From: Escherichia coli
GTDB lineage: Bacteria > Pseudomonadota > Gammaproteobacteria > Enterobacterales > Enterobacteriaceae
Assembly: GCF_030384885.1 (NCBI RefSeq)
Contig: NZ_CP128613.1
Strand: one strand, 5' to 3'
DNA length: 64,000 nucleotides
Position numbers and translations under genes: made by a program. Numbering within the stretch: position 1 is the first letter of the stretch; each line of letters opens with the position of its first letter. Shown here one piece after another: positions 1 through 15,310 of the stretch. A model generated the notes under the pieces. The model ran no database searches and had not been told where the DNA came from. It saw only the letters and a list, made by a program, of their open reading frames with translations.

Positions 1-314
<314 letters not shown>

Positions 315-315
<1 letters not shown>

Positions 316-950
316 TGTATCAGCCTGATTTTCCTCATGTACCTTTTCGTTTAGGACTGTACCCGGTAGTGGATAGCGTACAGTGGATCGAACGTCTGTT
401 GGATGCAGGCGTGCGTACTCTCCAGCTGCGCATCAAAGATCGGCGCGATGAAGAGGTTGAAGCCGATGTCGTGGCAGCAATTGCGCTGGGCCGCCGCTAT
501 AACGCGCGACTGTTTATCAACGATTACTGGCGGCTGGCGATTAAGCATCAGGCGTATGGCGTCCATCTGGGGCAGGAAGATTTGCAAGCCACCGATCTCA
601 ATGCCATCCGTGCAGCGGGCCTGCGGCTGGGCGTTTCGACTCATGATGATATGGAGATCGACGTCGCGCTGGCAGCACGTCCTTCTTATATCGCGCTAGG
701 ACATGTGTTCCCGACGCAAACCAAACAGATGCCTTCTGCACCGCAGGGGCTGGAACAGCTGGCACGGCATGTTGAGCGCCTGGCTGATTATCCCACTGTA
801 GCGATTGGCGGTATCAGCCTGCCGCGCGCACCTGCGGTGATGGCGACAGGTGTTGGCAGTATCGCCGTCGTCAGTGCCATTACCCAGGCCGCAGACTGGC
901 GTTTAGCAACGGAACAGTTGCTGGAGATTGCAGGAGTTGGCGATGAATGA
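315..950 (+). CDS. thiE: Thiamine-phosphate synthase
   Basis: 211-aa product starting MYQPDFP, recognised as ThiE; ATG overlaps the thiC stop (GTGATG); AGGAGG Shine-Dalgarno at 303-308. Confidence 0.9.
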
Positions 951-1698
951 CCGTGATTTTATGCGTTATAGCCGTCAAATCCTGCTCGACGATATTGCTC
1001 TTGACGGGCAGCAAAAACTGCTCGACAGCCAGGTGCTGATTATCGGTCTGGGTGGGTTGGGTACACCTGCTGCACTATACCTGGCGGGAGCTGGTGTCGG
1101 GACGCTGGTACTGGCAGATGACGACGATGTGCATTTGAGCAATCTGCAACGACAAATCCTCTTTACGACTGAAGATATCGATCGCCCGAAATCGCAGGTC
1201 AGCCAACAGCGACTGACACAGTTGAATCCCGACATTCAACTGACAGCATTACAACAACGGTTAACGGGTAAGGCGTTAAAAGATGCGGTAGCACGGGCCG
1301 ATGTGGTGCTCGACTGTACCGACAACATGGCGACTCGCCAGGAGATTAATGCCGCCTGCGTAGCACTTAACACACCGCTTATCACCGCCAGCGCGGTCGG
1401 ATTTGGTGGTCAGTTGATGGTGCTGACACCGCCCTGGGAACAGGGGTGTTACCGCTGCCTGTGGCCGGATAACCAGGAGCCTGAACGCAACTGCCGCACG
1501 GCAGGCGTGGTTGGCCCGGTGGTCGGGGTCATGGGCACGTTACAGGCACTGGAAGCAATTAAGCTATTGAGTGGTATAGAGACCCCTGCGGGATATCTTC
1601 GACTGTTTGACGGTAAATTAAACCAATGGCGCAACCTGGCGTTGCGCCGCGCCAGCGGTTGCCCGGTATGCGGAGGAAGCAATGCAGATCCTGTTTAA
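943..1698 (+). CDS. thiF: ThiS adenylyltransferase (E1-like, MoeB/ThiF family)
   Basis: Product [15 protein letters not shown]... with GLGGLG nucleotide-binding motif and C-terminal CxxC; start overlaps the thiE stop (ATGAATGA). Confidence 0.9.
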   Translation: MNDRDFMRYSRQILLDDIALDGQQKLLDSQVLIIGLGGLGTPAALYLAGAGVGTLVLADDDDVHLSNLQRQILFTTEDIDRPKSQVSQQRLTQLNPDIQLTALQQRLTGKALKDAVARADVVLDCTDNMATRQEINAACVALNTPLITASAVGFGGQLMVLTPPWEQGCYRCLWPDNQEPERNCRTAGVVGPVVGVMGTLQALEAIKLLSGIETPAGYLRLFDGKLNQWRNLALRRASGCPVCGGSNADPV

Positions 1699-1882
1699 CG
1701 ATCAACCGATGCAGTGCGTCGCCGGACTAACTGTTCACGAACTGCTGGAGCAACTCGATCAACAACAAGCAGGTGCGGCACTGGCGATTAATCAGCAAAT
1801 CGTCCCGCGGGAACAATGGGCGCAACATATCGTGCAGGATGGCGACCAGATCCTGCTTTTTCAGGTTATTGCAGGGGGTTGA
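1682..1882 (+). CDS. thiS: Sulfur-carrier protein ThiS
   Basis: 66-aa product ending in Gly-Gly (..VIAGG), the hallmark of ThiS; overlaps the thiF 3' end. Confidence 0.9.
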   Translation: MQILFNDQPMQCVAGLTVHELLEQLDQQQAGAALAINQQIVPREQWAQHIVQDGDQILLFQVIAGG

Positions 1883-1883
1883 G

Positions 1884-2654
1884 ATGTTACATATTGCGGA
1901 CAAAACGTTTGATTCACATCTGTTTACTGGCACCGGAAAATTCGCCTCTTCACAACTGATGGTGGAGTCTATTCGCGCTTCCGGCAGCCAACTGGTGACG
2001 CTGGCGATGAAACGTGTCGACTTGCGCCAGCACAACGACGCTATCCTCGAACCGCTTATCGCGGCGGGTGTGACCCTGCTGCCGAATACTTCCGGGGCGA
2101 AAACCGCGGAAGAAGCCATTTTCGCCGCCCATCTGGCACGTGAAGCGTTAGGCACAAACTGGCTAAAATTAGAGATTCACCCTGACGCCCGCTGGCTGTT
2201 GCCCGATCCCATCGAAACCCTGAAAGCCGCCGAAACGTTGGTGCAACAGGGATTTGTCGTGCTGCCTTACTGCGGTGCCGATCCGGTGTTGTGCAAACGT
2301 CTGGAAGAAGTCGGCTGTGCAGCGGTGATGCCGCTCGGCGCGCCGATTGGCTCGAATCAGGGACTGGAAACCCGCGCCATGCTGGAGATTATTATCCAGC
2401 AAGCCACGGTTCCGGTGGTCGTTGATGCTGGCATTGGCGTTCCCAGCCATGCCGCGCAGGCGCTTGAAATGGGAGCCGATGCGGTGTTAGTGAATACGGC
2501 GATTGCCGTCGCGGACGATCCCGTCAACATGGCGAAGGCATTTCGTCTGGCGGTAGACGCCGGCCTGCTGGCACGTCAGTCCGGGCCGGGCAGTCGCAGT
2601 CATTTTGCTCATGCCACTAGCCCGCTGACCGGATTTCTGGAGGCATCGGCATGA
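1884..2654 (+). CDS. thiG: Thiazole synthase
   Basis: 256-aa product starting [20 protein letters not shown]; ATG one nt after the thiS stop. The ORF-track upstream extension from 1773 is rejected. Confidence 0.9.
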   Translation: MLHIADKTFDSHLFTGTGKFASSQLMVESIRASGSQLVTLAMKRVDLRQHNDAILEPLIAAGVTLLPNTSGAKTAEEAIFAAHLAREALGTNWLKLEIHPDARWLLPDPIETLKAAETLVQQGFVVLPYCGADPVLCKRLEEVGCAAVMPLGAPIGSNQGLETRAMLEIIIQQATVPVVVDAGIGVPSHAAQALEMGADAVLVNTAIAVADDPVNMAKAFRLAVDAGLLARQSGPGSRSHFAHATSPLTGFLEASA

Positions 2655-3784
2655 AAACCTTCAGTGATCGCTGGCGACAACTGGACTGGGACGACATCCG
2701 CCTGCGAATCAACAGCAAAACGGCAGCTGACGTAGAGCGGGCGCTCAATGTTTCGCAACTCACTCGCGACGATATGATGGCATTGCTATCACCTGCCGCC
2801 GGTGAATACCTGGAACCACTGGCTCAACGGGCGCAGCGTCTGACCCGTCAGCGATTTGGCAACGTCGTCAGCTTCTACGTCCCGCTTTATCTTTCCAATC
2901 TTTGCGCTAACGACTGCACGTACTGCGGATTTTCCATGAGCAATCGCATCAAGCGTAAAACGCTGGATGAAGCGGATATCGCCAGGGAAAGCGCCGCTAT
3001 CCGGGAGATGGGCTTTGAACATCTATTGCTGGTCACTGGTGAACATCAGGCGAAAGTGGGGATGGATTACTTTCGTCGTCATCTCCCTGTCCTGCGTGAA
3101 CAGTTCTCTTCACTACAGATGGAAGTACAGCCACTGGCGGAAGCGGAATACGCCGAGTTAAAGCAACTTGGTCTGGATGGGGTGATGGTTTATCAGGAGA
3201 CATATCACGAGGCGACATACGCCCACCATCATCTGAAAGGGAAAAAACAGGACTTCTTCTGGCGGCTGGAAACGCCGGATCGGCTGGGCCGTGCGGGGAT
3301 AGATAAGATAGGCCTCGGCGCGCTAATCGGCCTTTCCGACAGCTGGCGCGTTGACTGCTATATGGTTGCCGAACATTTGCTATGGCTGCAACAACATTAC
3401 TGGCAAAGCCGTTACTCTGTCTCCTTCCCGCGCCTGCGCCCGTGTACTGGCGGGATTGAGCCAGCGTCGATTATGGATGAACGCCAGTTAGTGCAAACTA
3501 TCTGCGCCTTCCGCCTACTTGCGCCGGAGATTGAACTGTCACTCTCCACGCGGGAATCACCGTGGTTTCGCGATCGCGTTATTCCGCTGGCGATCAATAA
3601 CGTCAGCGCCTTCTCGAAAACGCAACCTGGTGGCTATGCCGACAATCATCCGGAGCTGGAGCAATTCTCACCGCACGACGATCGCAGGCCGGAAGCCGTT
3701 GCTGCTGCATTAACTGCTCAGGGTTTGCAGCCGGTATGGAAAGACTGGGACAGCTATCTGGGACGTGCCTCGCAAAGGACATGA
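2651..3784 (+). CDS. thiH: 2-iminoacetate synthase (tyrosine lyase), radical SAM
   Basis: 377-aa product with the radical-SAM cysteine motif CANDCTYC; ATGA overlap with the thiG stop. Confidence 0.92.
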   Translation: MKTFSDRWRQLDWDDIRLRINSKTAADVERALNVSQLTRDDMMALLSPAAGEYLEPLAQRAQRLTRQRFGNVVSFYVPLYLSNLCANDCTYCGFSMSNRIKRKTLDEADIARESAAIREMGFEHLLLVTGEHQAKVGMDYFRRHLPVLREQFSSLQMEVQPLAEAEYAELKQLGLDGVMVYQETYHEATYAHHHLKGKKQDFFWRLETPDRLGRAGIDKIGLGALIGLSDSWRVDCYMVAEHLLWLQQHYWQSRYSVSFPRLRPCTGGIEPASIMDERQLVQTICAFRLLAPEIELSLSTRESPWFRDRVIPLAINNVSAFSKTQPGGYADNHPELEQFSPHDDRRPEAVAAALTAQGLQPVWKDWDSYLGRASQRT

Positions 3785-3829
3785 GACAGAATGTAAGAAC
3801 GTAAATTTATTCCGAGCAGCTACGGAAGA

Positions 3830-3868
3830 TGAAAAACGCAAGGTTGTTGAAAGCGTTGCGTTTTTTTA
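3830..3868 (+). terminator. Putative intrinsic terminator after thiH
   Basis: Inverted repeat aacgcaa / ttgcgtt followed by a run of 7 T, about 50 nt after the thiH stop. Confidence 0.45.
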
Positions 3869-3977
3869 TGTTAGTACCGTCAGCAGGAATGTTGTCCAGG
3901 GCGAAAAGCTTCTTCCTCGTTTCGCCCTGCCTTTCTTAATATTTCCCATGAAGAATTTGCCCTCTGAATAACACCCA

Positions 3978-4005
3978 TAAAAAAACCCGCCGAAGCGGGT
4001 TTTTA
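3978..4005 (-). terminator. rpoC intrinsic terminator (hairpin usable in both directions)
   Basis: Stem acccgc / gcgggt with cgaa loop, flanked by an A-run and a T-run, immediately after the rpoC stop. Confidence 0.75.
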
Positions 4006-4025
4006 CGTTATTTGCGGATTAACGA

Positions 4026-7000
4026 TTACTCGTTATCAGAACCGCCCAGACCTGCGTTCAGCAGTTCTGCCAGGCTGGCAGATGCGTCTTCTGCAGTCAC
4101 CTGCGGTGCAGCCGGAGCTTCACCCGCAGCACGGCGACGCATACGATCCTGGTGGTACGCGTAACCGGTACCTGCCGGGATCAGACGACCTACGATAACG
4201 TTCTCTTTCAGGCCGCGCAGTTCGTCGCGTTTGCCCGCAACGGCTGCTTCGGTCAGCACGCGAGTGGTCTCCTGGAACGATGCCGCGGAGATGAAGGACT
4301 CGGTTGCCAGAGACGCTTTGGTGATACCCAGCAGATCGCGGGAGTAAGTTGCACCCACTTTGCCGTTCGCTTCCAGTTCGCGGTTTGCGATCTTGACGCG
4401 AGAGTATTCAACCTGTTCACCTTCCAGGAAGTCGGAGCTGCCCGCGTTAACGATGGTAGCTTTACGCAGCATCTGACGAACGATAACTTCGATGTGTTTA
4501 TCGTTAATCTTAACGCCCTGCAGACGGTATACGTCCTGTACTTCGTTAACGATGTAACGAGTCACAGCATGAACACCACGCAGACGCAGAATGTCATGCG
4601 GCGCTTCCGGACCATCGGAAATTACGTCACCACGTTCTACACGTTCACCTTCGAACACGTTGAGCTGACGCCATTTCGGAATCATCTCTTCGTACGGCTC
4701 GCTACCGTCTACCGGGGTGATAACCAGACGACGTTTACCTTTGGTTTCTTTACCGAAGGAAACCACACCGCTGATTTCAGCCAGGATTGCCGGCTCTTTC
4801 GGACGACGTGCTTCGAACAGGTCCGCAACGCGTGGCAGACCACCGGTGATGTCCTTGGTACCGCCAGATTCTTGCGGAATACGCGCCAGGGTGTCACCAG
4901 AGCTGATCTGTACGCCATCTTCCAGCTGAACAATCGCTTTACCCGGCAGGAAGTACTGCGCAGGCATGTCGGTACCCGGGATCAGAACGTCGTTACCCTG
5001 AGCATCAACGATTTTCAGTGCCGGACGCAGATCTTTACCACCTGCGGTACGTTCTGCGGAATCCAGAACCACCAGCGAAGACAGACCGGTCAATTCGTCG
5101 GTCTGACGAGTAATGGTCTGGCCGTCGATCATGTCAGTAAAGCGTACAAAACCGCTTACTTCGGTGATAACCGGCATGGTGTGCGGGTCCCAGTTTGCAA
5201 CGGTCTCGCCGCCAGCAACCTGTTCGCCATCGCCTTTCGCCAGTACTGCACCGTAAGGCACTTTATAGCTTTCTTTGGTACGACCGAATTCGTCGATCAA
5301 TTTCAGTTCGGTGTTACGGGAAGTGATAACCAGTTTGCCGCTGGAGTTCACAACCGACTTCACGTTGCTGAGCTTGATGCTACCTTTGTTTTTCACCTGG
5401 ATGCTGGATTCAGCAGCCGCACGAGATGCCGCACCACCGATGTGGAACGTACGCATGGTCAGCTGTGTACCCGGTTCACCGATGGACTGTGCCGCGATAA
5501 CACCGATTGCTTCACCTTTGTTGATGATGTGGCCACGCGCCAGGTCACGACCGTAGCAGTGCGCACATACACCAAAGTCGGTGTCACAAGATACAACAGA
5601 ACGTACTTTTACCGCGTCGACAGAGTTCTCTTCCAGCAGGTCACACCACTGTTCGTGCAGCAGCGTGTTGCGCGGAACGAGGATATCAGCAGTACCCGGC
5701 TTCAGAACGTCTTCAGCAGTTACACGACCCAGTACGCGATCGCGCAGCGGCTCTTTAACATCACCACCTTCGATAACCGGAGTCATCATGATACCTTCAT
5801 GAGTACCACAATCGTCTTCGGTAACCACCAGGTCCTGCGCCACGTCAACCAGACGACGAGTCAGGTAACCGGAGTTCGCAGTTTTCAGTGCGGTATCCGC
5901 CAGACCTTTACGAGCACCGTGGGTTGAGATGAAGTACTGGAGTACGTTCAGACCTTCACGGAAGTTCGCGGTGATTGGCGTTTCGATGATGGAGCCATCC
6001 GGCTTCGCCATCAGACCACGCATACCCGCCAGCTGACGAATCTGTGCCGCAGAACCACGCGCACCGGAGTCGGCCATCATGTAGATGCTGTTGAAGGAAA
6101 CCTGCTTCTCTTCCTGACCGTCACGGTTAATAACGGTTTCAGTTTGCAGATTATCCATCATCGCTTTGGATACACGATCGTTCGCCGCAGCCCAGATATC
6201 GATAACTTTGTTGTAGCGTTCGCCCGCAGTTACCAGACCAGACTGGAACTGCTCCTGAATCTCAGCAACTTCAGCTTCTGCCTCGGAGATGATTTCGTGT
6301 TTCTTCTCCGGGATGACCATGTCATCGATACCAACAGATGCACCAGAACGCGCTGCATATGCAAAGCCGGTGTACATGATCTGGTCCGCAAAAATAACGG
6401 TCGGTTTCAGACCGAGAATGCGGTAGCAGGTGTTCAGCATTTTGGAGATTGCTTTCTTACCCAGCGCCTGGTTGACAATGGAGTAAGGCAGACCTTTCGG
6501 TACAATCATCCACAGAATGGCACGGCCAACGGTCGTATCTTTCAGGCTGGTTTTCGCTACTAATTCACCGTTAGCATCTTTTTCATACTCGGTGATACGC
6601 ACTTTAACGCGCGCATGCAGAGAGGCCAGACCAGAGCGATACAGACGTTCTGCTTCTTTCGGGCCAGTCAGCACCATGCCTTCGCCTTTGGCGTTAACAC
6701 AGTCACGGGTCATGTAGTACAGACCCAGTACAACGTCCTGAGACGGAACGATGATTGGTTCGCCGTTCGCCGGGGACAGGATGTTGTTGGTAGACATCAT
6801 CAGCGCACGCGCTTCCAGCTGGGCTTCCAGCGTCAGCGGTACGTGAACAGCCATCTGGTCACCATCGAAGTCGGCGTTATATGCCGCACAAACCAGCGGG
6901 TGCAGCTGGATAGCTTTACCTTCGATCAGTACCGGTTCAAATGCCTGGATACCCAGACGGTGCAGAGTCGGTGCACGGTTCAGCAGTACCGGGTGTTCGC

Positions 7001-8249
7001 GGATAACTTCGTCCAGGATATCCCAAACGACAGCTTCTTCGCGCTCAACCATTTTCTTCGCAGCTTTAATGGTGGTAGCAAGACCACGCAGTTCCAGCTT
7101 GCCGTAGATGAACGGTTTGAACAGTTCCAGTGCCATTTTCTTCGGCAGACCGCACTGATGCAGACGCAGGTATGGACCTACGGTGATTACAGAACGACCG
7201 GAGTAGTCAACACGCTTACCGAGCAGGTTCTGACGGAAACGACCCTGTTTACCTTTGATCATGTCGGCCAAAGATTTCAGAGGACGCTTGTTAGAACCAG
7301 TGATCGCACGACCGCGACGACCGTTATCCAGCAGGGCGTCTACCGCTTCCTGCAGCATACGTTTTTCGTTACGTACGATGATGTCCGGCGCAGCCAGATC
7401 CAGCAGACGTTTGAGACGGTTGTTACGGTTAATGACGCGACGATACAGATCGTTCAGGTCAGAAGTCGCGAAACGACCACCATCCAGCGGAACCAGCGGA
7501 CGCAGATCTGGCGGCAGTACCGGCAGAACGGTCAGGATCATCCACTCTGGTTTGTTACCAGACTGAACGAACGCTTCCAGCAGTTTGATACGCTTGGTCA
7601 GCTTTTTACGCTTGGTTTCGGAGTTGGTTTCGTTCAGCTCTTCACGCAGCTGTTCGCACTCTTGCTCCAGATCCATGCTCTTCAGCAGAGCCTGGATTGC
7701 TTCCGCACCCATCTTCGCGTCGAATTCGTCACCGAACTCTTCCAGCGCATCCAGATACTGCTCTTCAGTCAGGATCTGCTGACGTTCCAGGTTGGTCATA
7801 CCGCCTTCGATAACTACATAGGATTCGAAGTACAGTACGCGTTCGATATCGCGCAGCGGCATATCGAGCAGCAGGCCGATACGGGACGGCAGCGATTTCA
7901 GGAACCAGATGTGCGCAGTCGGGGAAGCCAGTTCGATGTGGCCCATACGCTCACGACGTACTTTGGTCTGGGTCACTTCAACGCCGCACTTCTCACAGAT
8001 GACGCCACGGTGTTTCAGGCGCTTGTACTTACCGCACAGGCACTCGTAATCTTTTACCGGCCCAAAGATACGGGCGCAGAAAAGGCCGTCACGTTCTGGT
8101 TTGAACGTACGGTAGTTGATGGTTTCCGGCTTTTTAACTTCACCGAAAGACCATGAACGGATCATGTCTGGCGAAGCCAGAGCAATTTTGATCGCATCAA
8201 ACTCTTCGGTTTTAGTCTGCGCTTTCAGAAACTTTAATAAATCTTTCAC
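4026..8249 (-). CDS. rpoC: RNA polymerase beta-prime subunit
   Basis: 1407-aa ORF; product [33 protein letters not shown]... with NADFDGD catalytic motif. Confidence 0.97.
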   Translation of the reverse strand: MKDLLKFLKAQTKTEEFDAIKIALASPDMIRSWSFGEVKKPETINYRTFKPERDGLFCARIFGPVKDYECLCGKYKRLKHRGVICEKCGVEVTQTKVRRERMGHIELASPTAHIWFLKSLPSRIGLLLDMPLRDIERVLYFESYVVIEGGMTNLERQQILTEEQYLDALEEFGDEFDAKMGAEAIQALLKSMDLEQECEQLREELNETNSETKRKKLTKRIKLLEAFVQSGNKPEWMILTVLPVLPPDLRPLVPLDGGRFATSDLNDLYRRVINRNNRLKRLLDLAAPDIIVRNEKRMLQEAVDALLDNGRRGRAITGSNKRPLKSLADMIKGKQGRFRQNLLGKRVDYSGRSVITVGPYLRLHQCGLPKKMALELFKPFIYGKLELRGLATTIKAAKKMVEREEAVVWDILDEVIREHPVLLNRAPTLHRLGIQAFEPVLIEGKAIQLHPLVCAAYNADFDGDQMAVHVPLTLEAQLEARALMMSTNNILSPANGEPIIVPSQDVVLGLYYMTRDCVNAKGEGMVLTGPKEAERLYRSGLASLHARVKVRITEYEKDANGELVAKTSLKDTTVGRAILWMIVPKGLPYSIVNQALGKKAISKMLNTCYRILGLKPTVIFADQIMYTGFAYAARSGASVGIDDMVIPEKKHEIISEAEAEVAEIQEQFQSGLVTAGERYNKVIDIWAAANDRVSKAMMDNLQTETVINRDGQEEKQVSFNSIYMMADSGARGSAAQIRQLAGMRGLMAKPDGSIIETPITANFREGLNVLQYFISTHGARKGLADTALKTANSGYLTRRLVDVAQDLVVTEDDCGTHEGIMMTPVIEGGDVKEPLRDRVLGRVTAEDVLKPGTADILVPRNTLLHEQWCDLLEENSVDAVKVRSVVSCDTDFGVCAHCYGRDLARGHIINKGEAIGVIAAQSIGEPGTQLTMRTFHIGGAASRAAAESSIQVKNKGSIKLSNVKSVVNSSGKLVITSRNTELKLIDEFGRTKESYKVPYGAVLAKGDGEQVAGGETVANWDPHTMPVITEVSGFVRFTDMIDGQTITRQTDELTGLSSLVVLDSAERTAGGKDLRPALKIVDAQGNDVLIPGTDMPAQYFLPGKAIVQLEDGVQISSGDTLARIPQESGGTKDITGGLPRVADLFEARRPKEPAILAEISGVVSFGKETKGKRRLVITPVDGSEPYEEMIPKWRQLNVFEGERVERGDVISDGPEAPHDILRLRGVHAVTRYIVNEVQDVYRLQGVKINDKHIEVIVRQMLRKATIVNAGSSDFLEGEQVEYSRVKIANRELEANGKVGATYSRDLLGITKASLATESFISAASFQETTRVLTEAAVAGKRDELRGLKENVIVGRLIPAGTGYAYHQDRMRRRAAGEAPAAPQVTAEDASASLAELLNAGLGGSDNE

Positions 8250-8325
8250 GGATTTGCTCCCGTCGGAGTTAGCACAATCCGCTGCCGGGTTTTACCCCGA
8301 CAGCAGTGACCTGTTTGAGCGAGAA

Positions 8326-11300
8326 TTACTCGTCTTCCAGTTCGATGTTGATACCCAGCGAACGAATCTCTTTCAACAATACGTTGAAGGATTCTGGCAT
8401 GCCCGGCTCCATCTGATGGTTGCCGTCCACGATGTTTTTATACATCTTGGTACGACCGTTCACGTCATCAGACTTAACGGTGAGCATTTCCTGCAGGGTG
8501 TATGCTGCGCCGTATGCTTCCAGCGCCCACACTTCCATCTCCCCGAAACGCTGACCACCGAACTGTGCCTTACCACCCAGCGGCTGCTGAGTAACCAGGC
8601 TGTAAGAACCGGTGGAACGCGCGTGCATCTTGTCGTCGACCAGGTGGTTCAGTTTCAGCATGTACATGTAACCCACGGTTACCGGACGTTCGAACTGTTC
8701 ACCAGTGCGACCGTCGTACAGGCGGATCTGACCAGAAGTCGGCAGGTCGCCAAGTTTCAGCAGTTCTTTAATTTCTGCTTCTTTCGCACCGTCGAAGACC
8801 GGCGTTGCGATTGGCATACCTTTGCGCAGGTTTTCAGCCAGACGCATAACTTCTTCATCGCTGAAGGTACTCAGGTCAACTTTCTGACGAACGTCAGCGC
8901 CCAGATCGTATGCACGCTGGATGAATTCGCGCAGTTTCGCGACTTCTTGCTGCTGTTTCAGCATGGCGTTGATCTTGTCGCCGATACCTTTCGCAGCCAT
9001 ACCCAGGTGGGTTTCGAGGATCTGACCGATGTTCATACGAGACGGTACGCCCAGCGGGTTCAGTACGATGTCTACCGGCGTACCGTTTTCATCGTAAGGC
9101 ATATCTTCGATCGGGTTGATCTTAGAAATTACACCCTTGTTACCGTGACGACCTGCCATCTTGTCACCAGGCTGGATACGGCGTTTAACCGCCAGATATA
9201 CCTTAACAATCTTCAGCACGCCCGGTGCCAGATCGTCGCCCTGGGTGATTTTGCGGCGTTTCGCTTCGAGTTTCTTCTCGAACTCGTGTTTCAGTTCGTC
9301 ATACTGCTCAGCCAGCTGTTCCAGCTGATTTTGTTTCTCTTCGTCGGTCAGGCCCAGCTCTAGCCAGCGATCGCGCGGCAGTTTGTCGAGCTTCTCAGCT
9401 TCAACGCCACCGGCTACCAGCACAGCACGGATACGGCTGAACAGACCCGCTTCGAGGATCTGCAGTTCTTCAGACAGGTCTTTCTTCGCCTGTTTGAGCT
9501 GCATTTCTTCGATTTCCAGCGCACGTTTGTCTTTTTCTACGCCATCGCGAGTAAAGACCTGAACGTCGATAACCGTACCGGATACACCGTTTGGTACACG
9601 CAGAGAAGAGTCTTTAACGTCAGACGCTTTCTCACCGAAGATCGCACGCAGCAGTTTCTCTTCTGGAGTCAGCTGGGTTTCACCTTTCGGCGTTACCTTA
9701 CCAACCAGAATGTCGCCACCGGTCACTTCCGCACCAATGTAAACGATACCGGATTCATCCAGTTTGGAGAGCGCAGCTTCACCTACGTTCGGGATGTCAG
9801 CAGTGATCTCTTCTGGCCCCAGCTTGGTGTCACGGGACACACATGCCAGTTCCTGAATGTGGATGGTGGTGAAACGGTCTTCCTGAACAACACGCTCGGA
9901 TACGAGGATGGAGTCTTCGAAGTTGTAACCATTCCACGGCATGAACGCTACGCGCATGTTCTGACCGAGCGCCAGTTCACCGAGATCGGTGGACGGACCG
10001 TCTGCCAGCACGTCGCCGCGCTCTACCGGTTCACCCAGAGACACACACGGCATCTGGTTGATACAGGTGTTCTGGTTAGAACGGGTGTATTTGGTCAGGT
10101 TGTAGATGTCGATACCCGCTTCGCCCGGATACATCTCGTCTTCGTTAACTTTGATAACGATACGGGAAGCATCCACGTACTGAACGACACCACCACGTTT
10201 AGCAACCGCAGTTACACCGGAGTCAACGGCAACAGCACGTTCCATACCCGTACCAACCAGCGGCTTATCAGCACGCAGAGTCGGAACGGCCTGACGTTGC
10301 ATGTTCGCACCCATCAATGCACGGTTGGCGTCATCGTGTTCAAGGAACGGGATCAGGGACGCACCGACGGATACCACCTGCTGGGTGGATACGTCCATGT
10401 AGTCAACCTGGTCGCGGCTGAACAAGCTGGATTCGCCTTTGCTACGGCAAGTTACCAGGTCTTCTACGAAGTGGCCTTCTTCATCCAGGTTGGAGTTCGC
10501 CTGGGCGATAACGTAGTTGCCTTCTTCGATAGCAGACAGGTAGTGAATTTCGTCGGTTACAACACCGTCGATCACTTTACGGTACGGCGTCTCAAGGAAG
10601 CCATATTCGTTAGTCTGTGCGTACACGGACAGGGAGTTGATCAGACCGATGTTCGGGCCTTCAGGAGTTTCGATTGGACATACGCGACCGTAGTGAGTCG
10701 GGTGTACGTCTCGAACTTCGAAGCCTGCACGTTCACGGGTCAGACCGCCTGGGCCGAGTGCGGAGATACGACGCTTGTGCGTAATCTCAGACAGCGGGTT
10801 GTTCTGGTCCATAAACTGAGACAGCTGGCTGGAACCAAAGAACTCTTTCACTGCTGCGGAAATCGGTTTGGCGTTGATCATATCCTGAGGCATCAGGGTA
10901 TCCAGATCGCCCAGAGACAAACGCTCTTTCACCGCACGCTCTACACGTACCAGGCCAACGCGGAACTGGTTTTCCGCCATTTCGCCAACGGAACGGATAC
11001 GACGGTTACCGAGGTGGTCGATATCATCGACTTCGCCTTTACCGTTACGGATATCGATGAGCTTTTTCATAACATCAATGATGTCGTCTTTGCTCAGGAT
11101 ACCGGAACCTTCGATTTCGTCGCGCAGCAGAGAGCGGTTGAACTTCATACGACCAACCGCAGACAAGTCATAGCGGTCTTCGGAGAAGAACAGGTTCTCG
11201 AACAGGCTTTCAGCGGCTTCACGAGTCGGCGGCTCGCCAGGGCGCATCATGCGGTAGATTTCTACCAGTGCGCTCAGACGGTCGTTAGTTGGGTCGACAC

Positions 11301-12354
11301 GTAAGGTTTCAGAGATATACGGGCCGTGATCCAGATCGTTGGTGAACAGCGTTTCGATACGCTTGTGACCAGACTGGCTCAGCTTAGCCAGCAGATCCAG
11401 GCTCAGCTCCATGTTCGCAGCACAGATAAGCTCACCAGTAGACTCATCAATGTAGTCTTTAGCAACCACTTTACCTGCGATGTACTCAACCGGGACTTCG
11501 ATCAGTTTGACGTCGTCTTTTTCCAGCTGGCGAATGTGGCGCGCAGTAATACGGCGGCCTTTTTCTACGTACACTTTACCGTTAGCTTCGATGTCAAAAG
11601 ATGCGGTTTCACCACGCAGGCGTTCCGGCACCAGTTCCATCTGCAGCTTGTTATCACGGATTTCAAAGATAACTTTTTCAAAGAACAGGTCGAGGATCTG
11701 CTCTGTGGTGTAGTTCAGGGCACGCAGAATGATGGTCGCAGGCAGTTTACGGCGACGGTCGATACGTACGAACAGGTTGTCCTTCGGATCGAATTCGAAG
11801 TCCAGCCAGGAACCACGGTAAGGGATGATGCGCGCGTTATACAGCACTTTACCCGAAGAGTGGGTTTTACCTTTGTCGGAGTCAAAGAAGACGCCCGGAC
11901 TACGGTGCAGCTGGGAAACGATAACACGCTCAGTACCGTTGATAACAAAGGTACCGTTGTCCGTCATGAGCGGAATTTCGCCCATGTAGACTTCTTGTTC
12001 TTTAATGTCTTTTACGGTGCCTTCCGGCGCTTCGCGCTCATAGATCACCAGACGCAGTTTAACGCGCAGCGGTGCGGAATAGGTCACGCCACGGATTTGA
12101 CATTCCTGGACGTCAAACACCGGTTCGCCAAGGCGGTAGCTGACGTATTGCAGCTCGGAATTACCGCTGTAGCTCTGAATCGGGAATACGGAACGGAAAG
12201 CAGCTTCCAGACCATACTGCCCTTCAGGATCTTGCTCGATAAATTTCTGAAACGAGTCAAGCTGGATAGAAAGGAGATAAGGTACATCCAGAACTTGTGG
12301 ACGTTTACCAAAATCCTTACGAATACGTTTTTTCTCGGTATAGGAGTAAACCAT
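8326..12354 (-). CDS. rpoB: RNA polymerase beta subunit
   Basis: 1342-aa product starting [18 protein letters not shown]; the 11-codon upstream extension in the ORF track is rejected. Confidence 0.97.
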   Translation of the reverse strand: MVYSYTEKKRIRKDFGKRPQVLDVPYLLSIQLDSFQKFIEQDPEGQYGLEAAFRSVFPIQSYSGNSELQYVSYRLGEPVFDVQECQIRGVTYSAPLRVKLRLVIYEREAPEGTVKDIKEQEVYMGEIPLMTDNGTFVINGTERVIVSQLHRSPGVFFDSDKGKTHSSGKVLYNARIIPYRGSWLDFEFDPKDNLFVRIDRRRKLPATIILRALNYTTEQILDLFFEKVIFEIRDNKLQMELVPERLRGETASFDIEANGKVYVEKGRRITARHIRQLEKDDVKLIEVPVEYIAGKVVAKDYIDESTGELICAANMELSLDLLAKLSQSGHKRIETLFTNDLDHGPYISETLRVDPTNDRLSALVEIYRMMRPGEPPTREAAESLFENLFFSEDRYDLSAVGRMKFNRSLLRDEIEGSGILSKDDIIDVMKKLIDIRNGKGEVDDIDHLGNRRIRSVGEMAENQFRVGLVRVERAVKERLSLGDLDTLMPQDMINAKPISAAVKEFFGSSQLSQFMDQNNPLSEITHKRRISALGPGGLTRERAGFEVRDVHPTHYGRVCPIETPEGPNIGLINSLSVYAQTNEYGFLETPYRKVIDGVVTDEIHYLSAIEEGNYVIAQANSNLDEEGHFVEDLVTCRSKGESSLFSRDQVDYMDVSTQQVVSVGASLIPFLEHDDANRALMGANMQRQAVPTLRADKPLVGTGMERAVAVDSGVTAVAKRGGVVQYVDASRIVIKVNEDEMYPGEAGIDIYNLTKYTRSNQNTCINQMPCVSLGEPVERGDVLADGPSTDLGELALGQNMRVAFMPWNGYNFEDSILVSERVVQEDRFTTIHIQELACVSRDTKLGPEEITADIPNVGEAALSKLDESGIVYIGAEVTGGDILVGKVTPKGETQLTPEEKLLRAIFGEKASDVKDSSLRVPNGVSGTVIDVQVFTRDGVEKDKRALEIEEMQLKQAKKDLSEELQILEAGLFSRIRAVLVAGGVEAEKLDKLPRDRWLELGLTDEEKQNQLEQLAEQYDELKHEFEKKLEAKRRKITQGDDLAPGVLKIVKVYLAVKRRIQPGDKMAGRHGNKGVISKINPIEDMPYDENGTPVDIVLNPLGVPSRMNIGQILETHLGMAAKGIGDKINAMLKQQQEVAKLREFIQRAYDLGADVRQKVDLSTFSDEEVMRLAENLRKGMPIATPVFDGAKEAEIKELLKLGDLPTSGQIRLYDGRTGEQFERPVTVGYMYMLKLNHLVDDKMHARSTGSYSLVTQQPLGGKAQFGGQRFGEMEVWALEAYGAAYTLQEMLTVKSDDVNGRTKMYKNIVDGNHQMEPGMPESFNVLLKEIRSLGINIELEDE

Positions 12355-12600
12355 AGGGTTCCTCAGCTCGCTGACAAGTCGACCCATCTGTCCATTGAGC
12401 GGACAGTTTGTGCAACACTATTTTGTTGACCGGAAAATGGAACACTTTCCGCAATGCCTGTTGCTATCACGCTTAAACCATTTCATTGCGATTTACACAG
12501 AACGGGCGTCCTGTCGCAGTATATTAAGTCGTCGATAGAAACAAGCATTGAAAGGCACAGCAGTAGTCAAACAGTGTGAAACGCTACTGGCGCCTTACAG

Positions 12601-12634
12601 CGCAAAAAGGCTGGTGACTAAAAAGTCACCAGCC
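12601..12634 (-). terminator. rplL-rpoB intercistronic attenuator (partial terminator)
   Basis: Perfect 10-bp inverted repeat ggctggtgac / gtcaccagcc with a 6-nt loop, followed on the minus strand by a U-run; lies between rplL and rpoB where the known attenuator sits. Confidence 0.6.
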
Positions 12635-12673
12635 ATCAGCCTGATTTCTCAGGCTGCAACCGGAAGGGTTGGC

Positions 12674-13039
<366 letters not shown>

Positions 13040-13105
13040 TTAAATTGTTCCTGAATATCAGAATAAGTTTATACGTAAGCGAATGCGTTAAAAAGATAAC
13101 TGCGA

Positions 13106-13603
13106 TTAAGCAGCTTCTTTCGCATCGCGTACAGCAGCCAGAGTACGAACCAGTTTGCCAGCCGAAGCTTCTTTCATGGTTGCCATCAGGCGTGCAATTG
13201 CTTCTTCGTAGGTCGGCAGAGTTGCCAGGCGGTCGATCTGAGACGCCGGGATCAGCTCACCTTCAAAGGCAGCGGCTTTGACCTCAAATTTTGCATTCGC
13301 TTTCGCGAACTCTTTGAACAGACGAGCAGCTGCGCCCGGGTGTTCCATAGAGTATGCAATCAGGGTCGGACCAACAAACGCGTCTTTCAGGCACTCGAAC
13401 GGAGTACCTTCAACAGCACGGCGCAGCAGGGTGTTACGAACAACACGCATGTATACGCCAGCTTCGCGACCTGCTTTACGCAGTTCAGTCATTTTATCTA
13501 CAGTTACGCCACGGGAATCCGCAACTACTGCAGACAGCGCGCCTTTGGCTACTTCGCTGACTTCAGCAACAATCGCTTGTTTGTCTTGAAGATTTAAAGC
13601 CAT
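13106..13603 (-). CDS. rplJ: 50S ribosomal protein L10
   Basis: 165-aa product [43 protein letters not shown]... Confidence 0.97.
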
Positions 13604-14015
13604 TAGCTTTGCTCCTGGATGTTTGCCAGAGAAAATCTCTGGAACTCACTTCACTCCTCCAAACGGAGAGAGCGTCTTAATTACGGTGAGCAGAAACAAG
13701 CCAGAATATAAAAGAATAATCTTAGCGTTCTGTCACCGTCTACGCAGGGGATTAAGTTTCTTGCGAAACTCCTGCGGTCTTCGACGGAGGCCTGGATAGG
13801 CCAGGCTCCAACGAACAAATCTTTTCTATCCGTCGCTATTCAGCTTGTAGCGGCGTTGGCTTCCTTCGTTCGCACCAGTCACATAGTTAGCTATGCTCCT
13901 GGCGACTCACTCAGTTGCCGCCTTGCTACAACCCAAATATCTCGGATATACGTCTGCATTAAGCATTATACGTGGGGGTAAGATTGTAGACAAAATCACC
14001 GCCCACGTAAAGGCA
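13604..14015 (-). promoter_or_regulatory. rplJ leader and promoter region (site of L10-L12 translational autoregulation)
   Basis: 412-bp non-coding spacer between rplA and rplJ; assignment follows the known organisation of the rplJL-rpoBC operon. Individual elements were not mapped. Confidence 0.5.
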
Positions 14016-15215
<1,200 letters not shown>

Positions 15216-15231
15216 TTACGGGCAAGGCCCA

Positions 15232-15275
15232 TAAAAACAAAAGGCGCGAAATTGTATTCCAATCTCGCGCCTTGT
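15232..15275 (-). terminator. Putative nusG terminator within the rplK leader region
   Basis: Inverted repeat aaggcgcga / tcgcgcctt followed on the minus strand by a U-rich tract, about 40 nt after the nusG stop. Confidence 0.5.
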
Positions 15276-15310
15276 GCAACGATTAAATCGCCGCTTTTTT
15301 GATCGCTGGG

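Noticed and set aside
1773-1883. N-terminal extensions of ORF-track calls for thiG (1773), rpoB (12387), coaA (18231), murI (27938), btuB (29760), oxyR (34895), dehydratase (37741), argB (40409), argE (41503), pflC (49846), frwD (49002), frwC (53568), gldA (56988), yijF (58318), katG (62277)
   Set aside because: In each case an internal ATG gives the length and N-terminus of the known protein, usually with a better Shine-Dalgarno or operon overlap. The longer frames run into upstream genes or regulatory DNA.
4152-12429. Very long plus-strand ORFs (4152-5927, 6615-8156, 8116-9363, 9859-11304, 11326-12429) inside rpoC and rpoB
   Set aside because: They are antisense shadow frames of highly expressed, codon-biased genes; the translations are low-complexity and lack start context. 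rpoC and rpoB on the minus strand explain the region.
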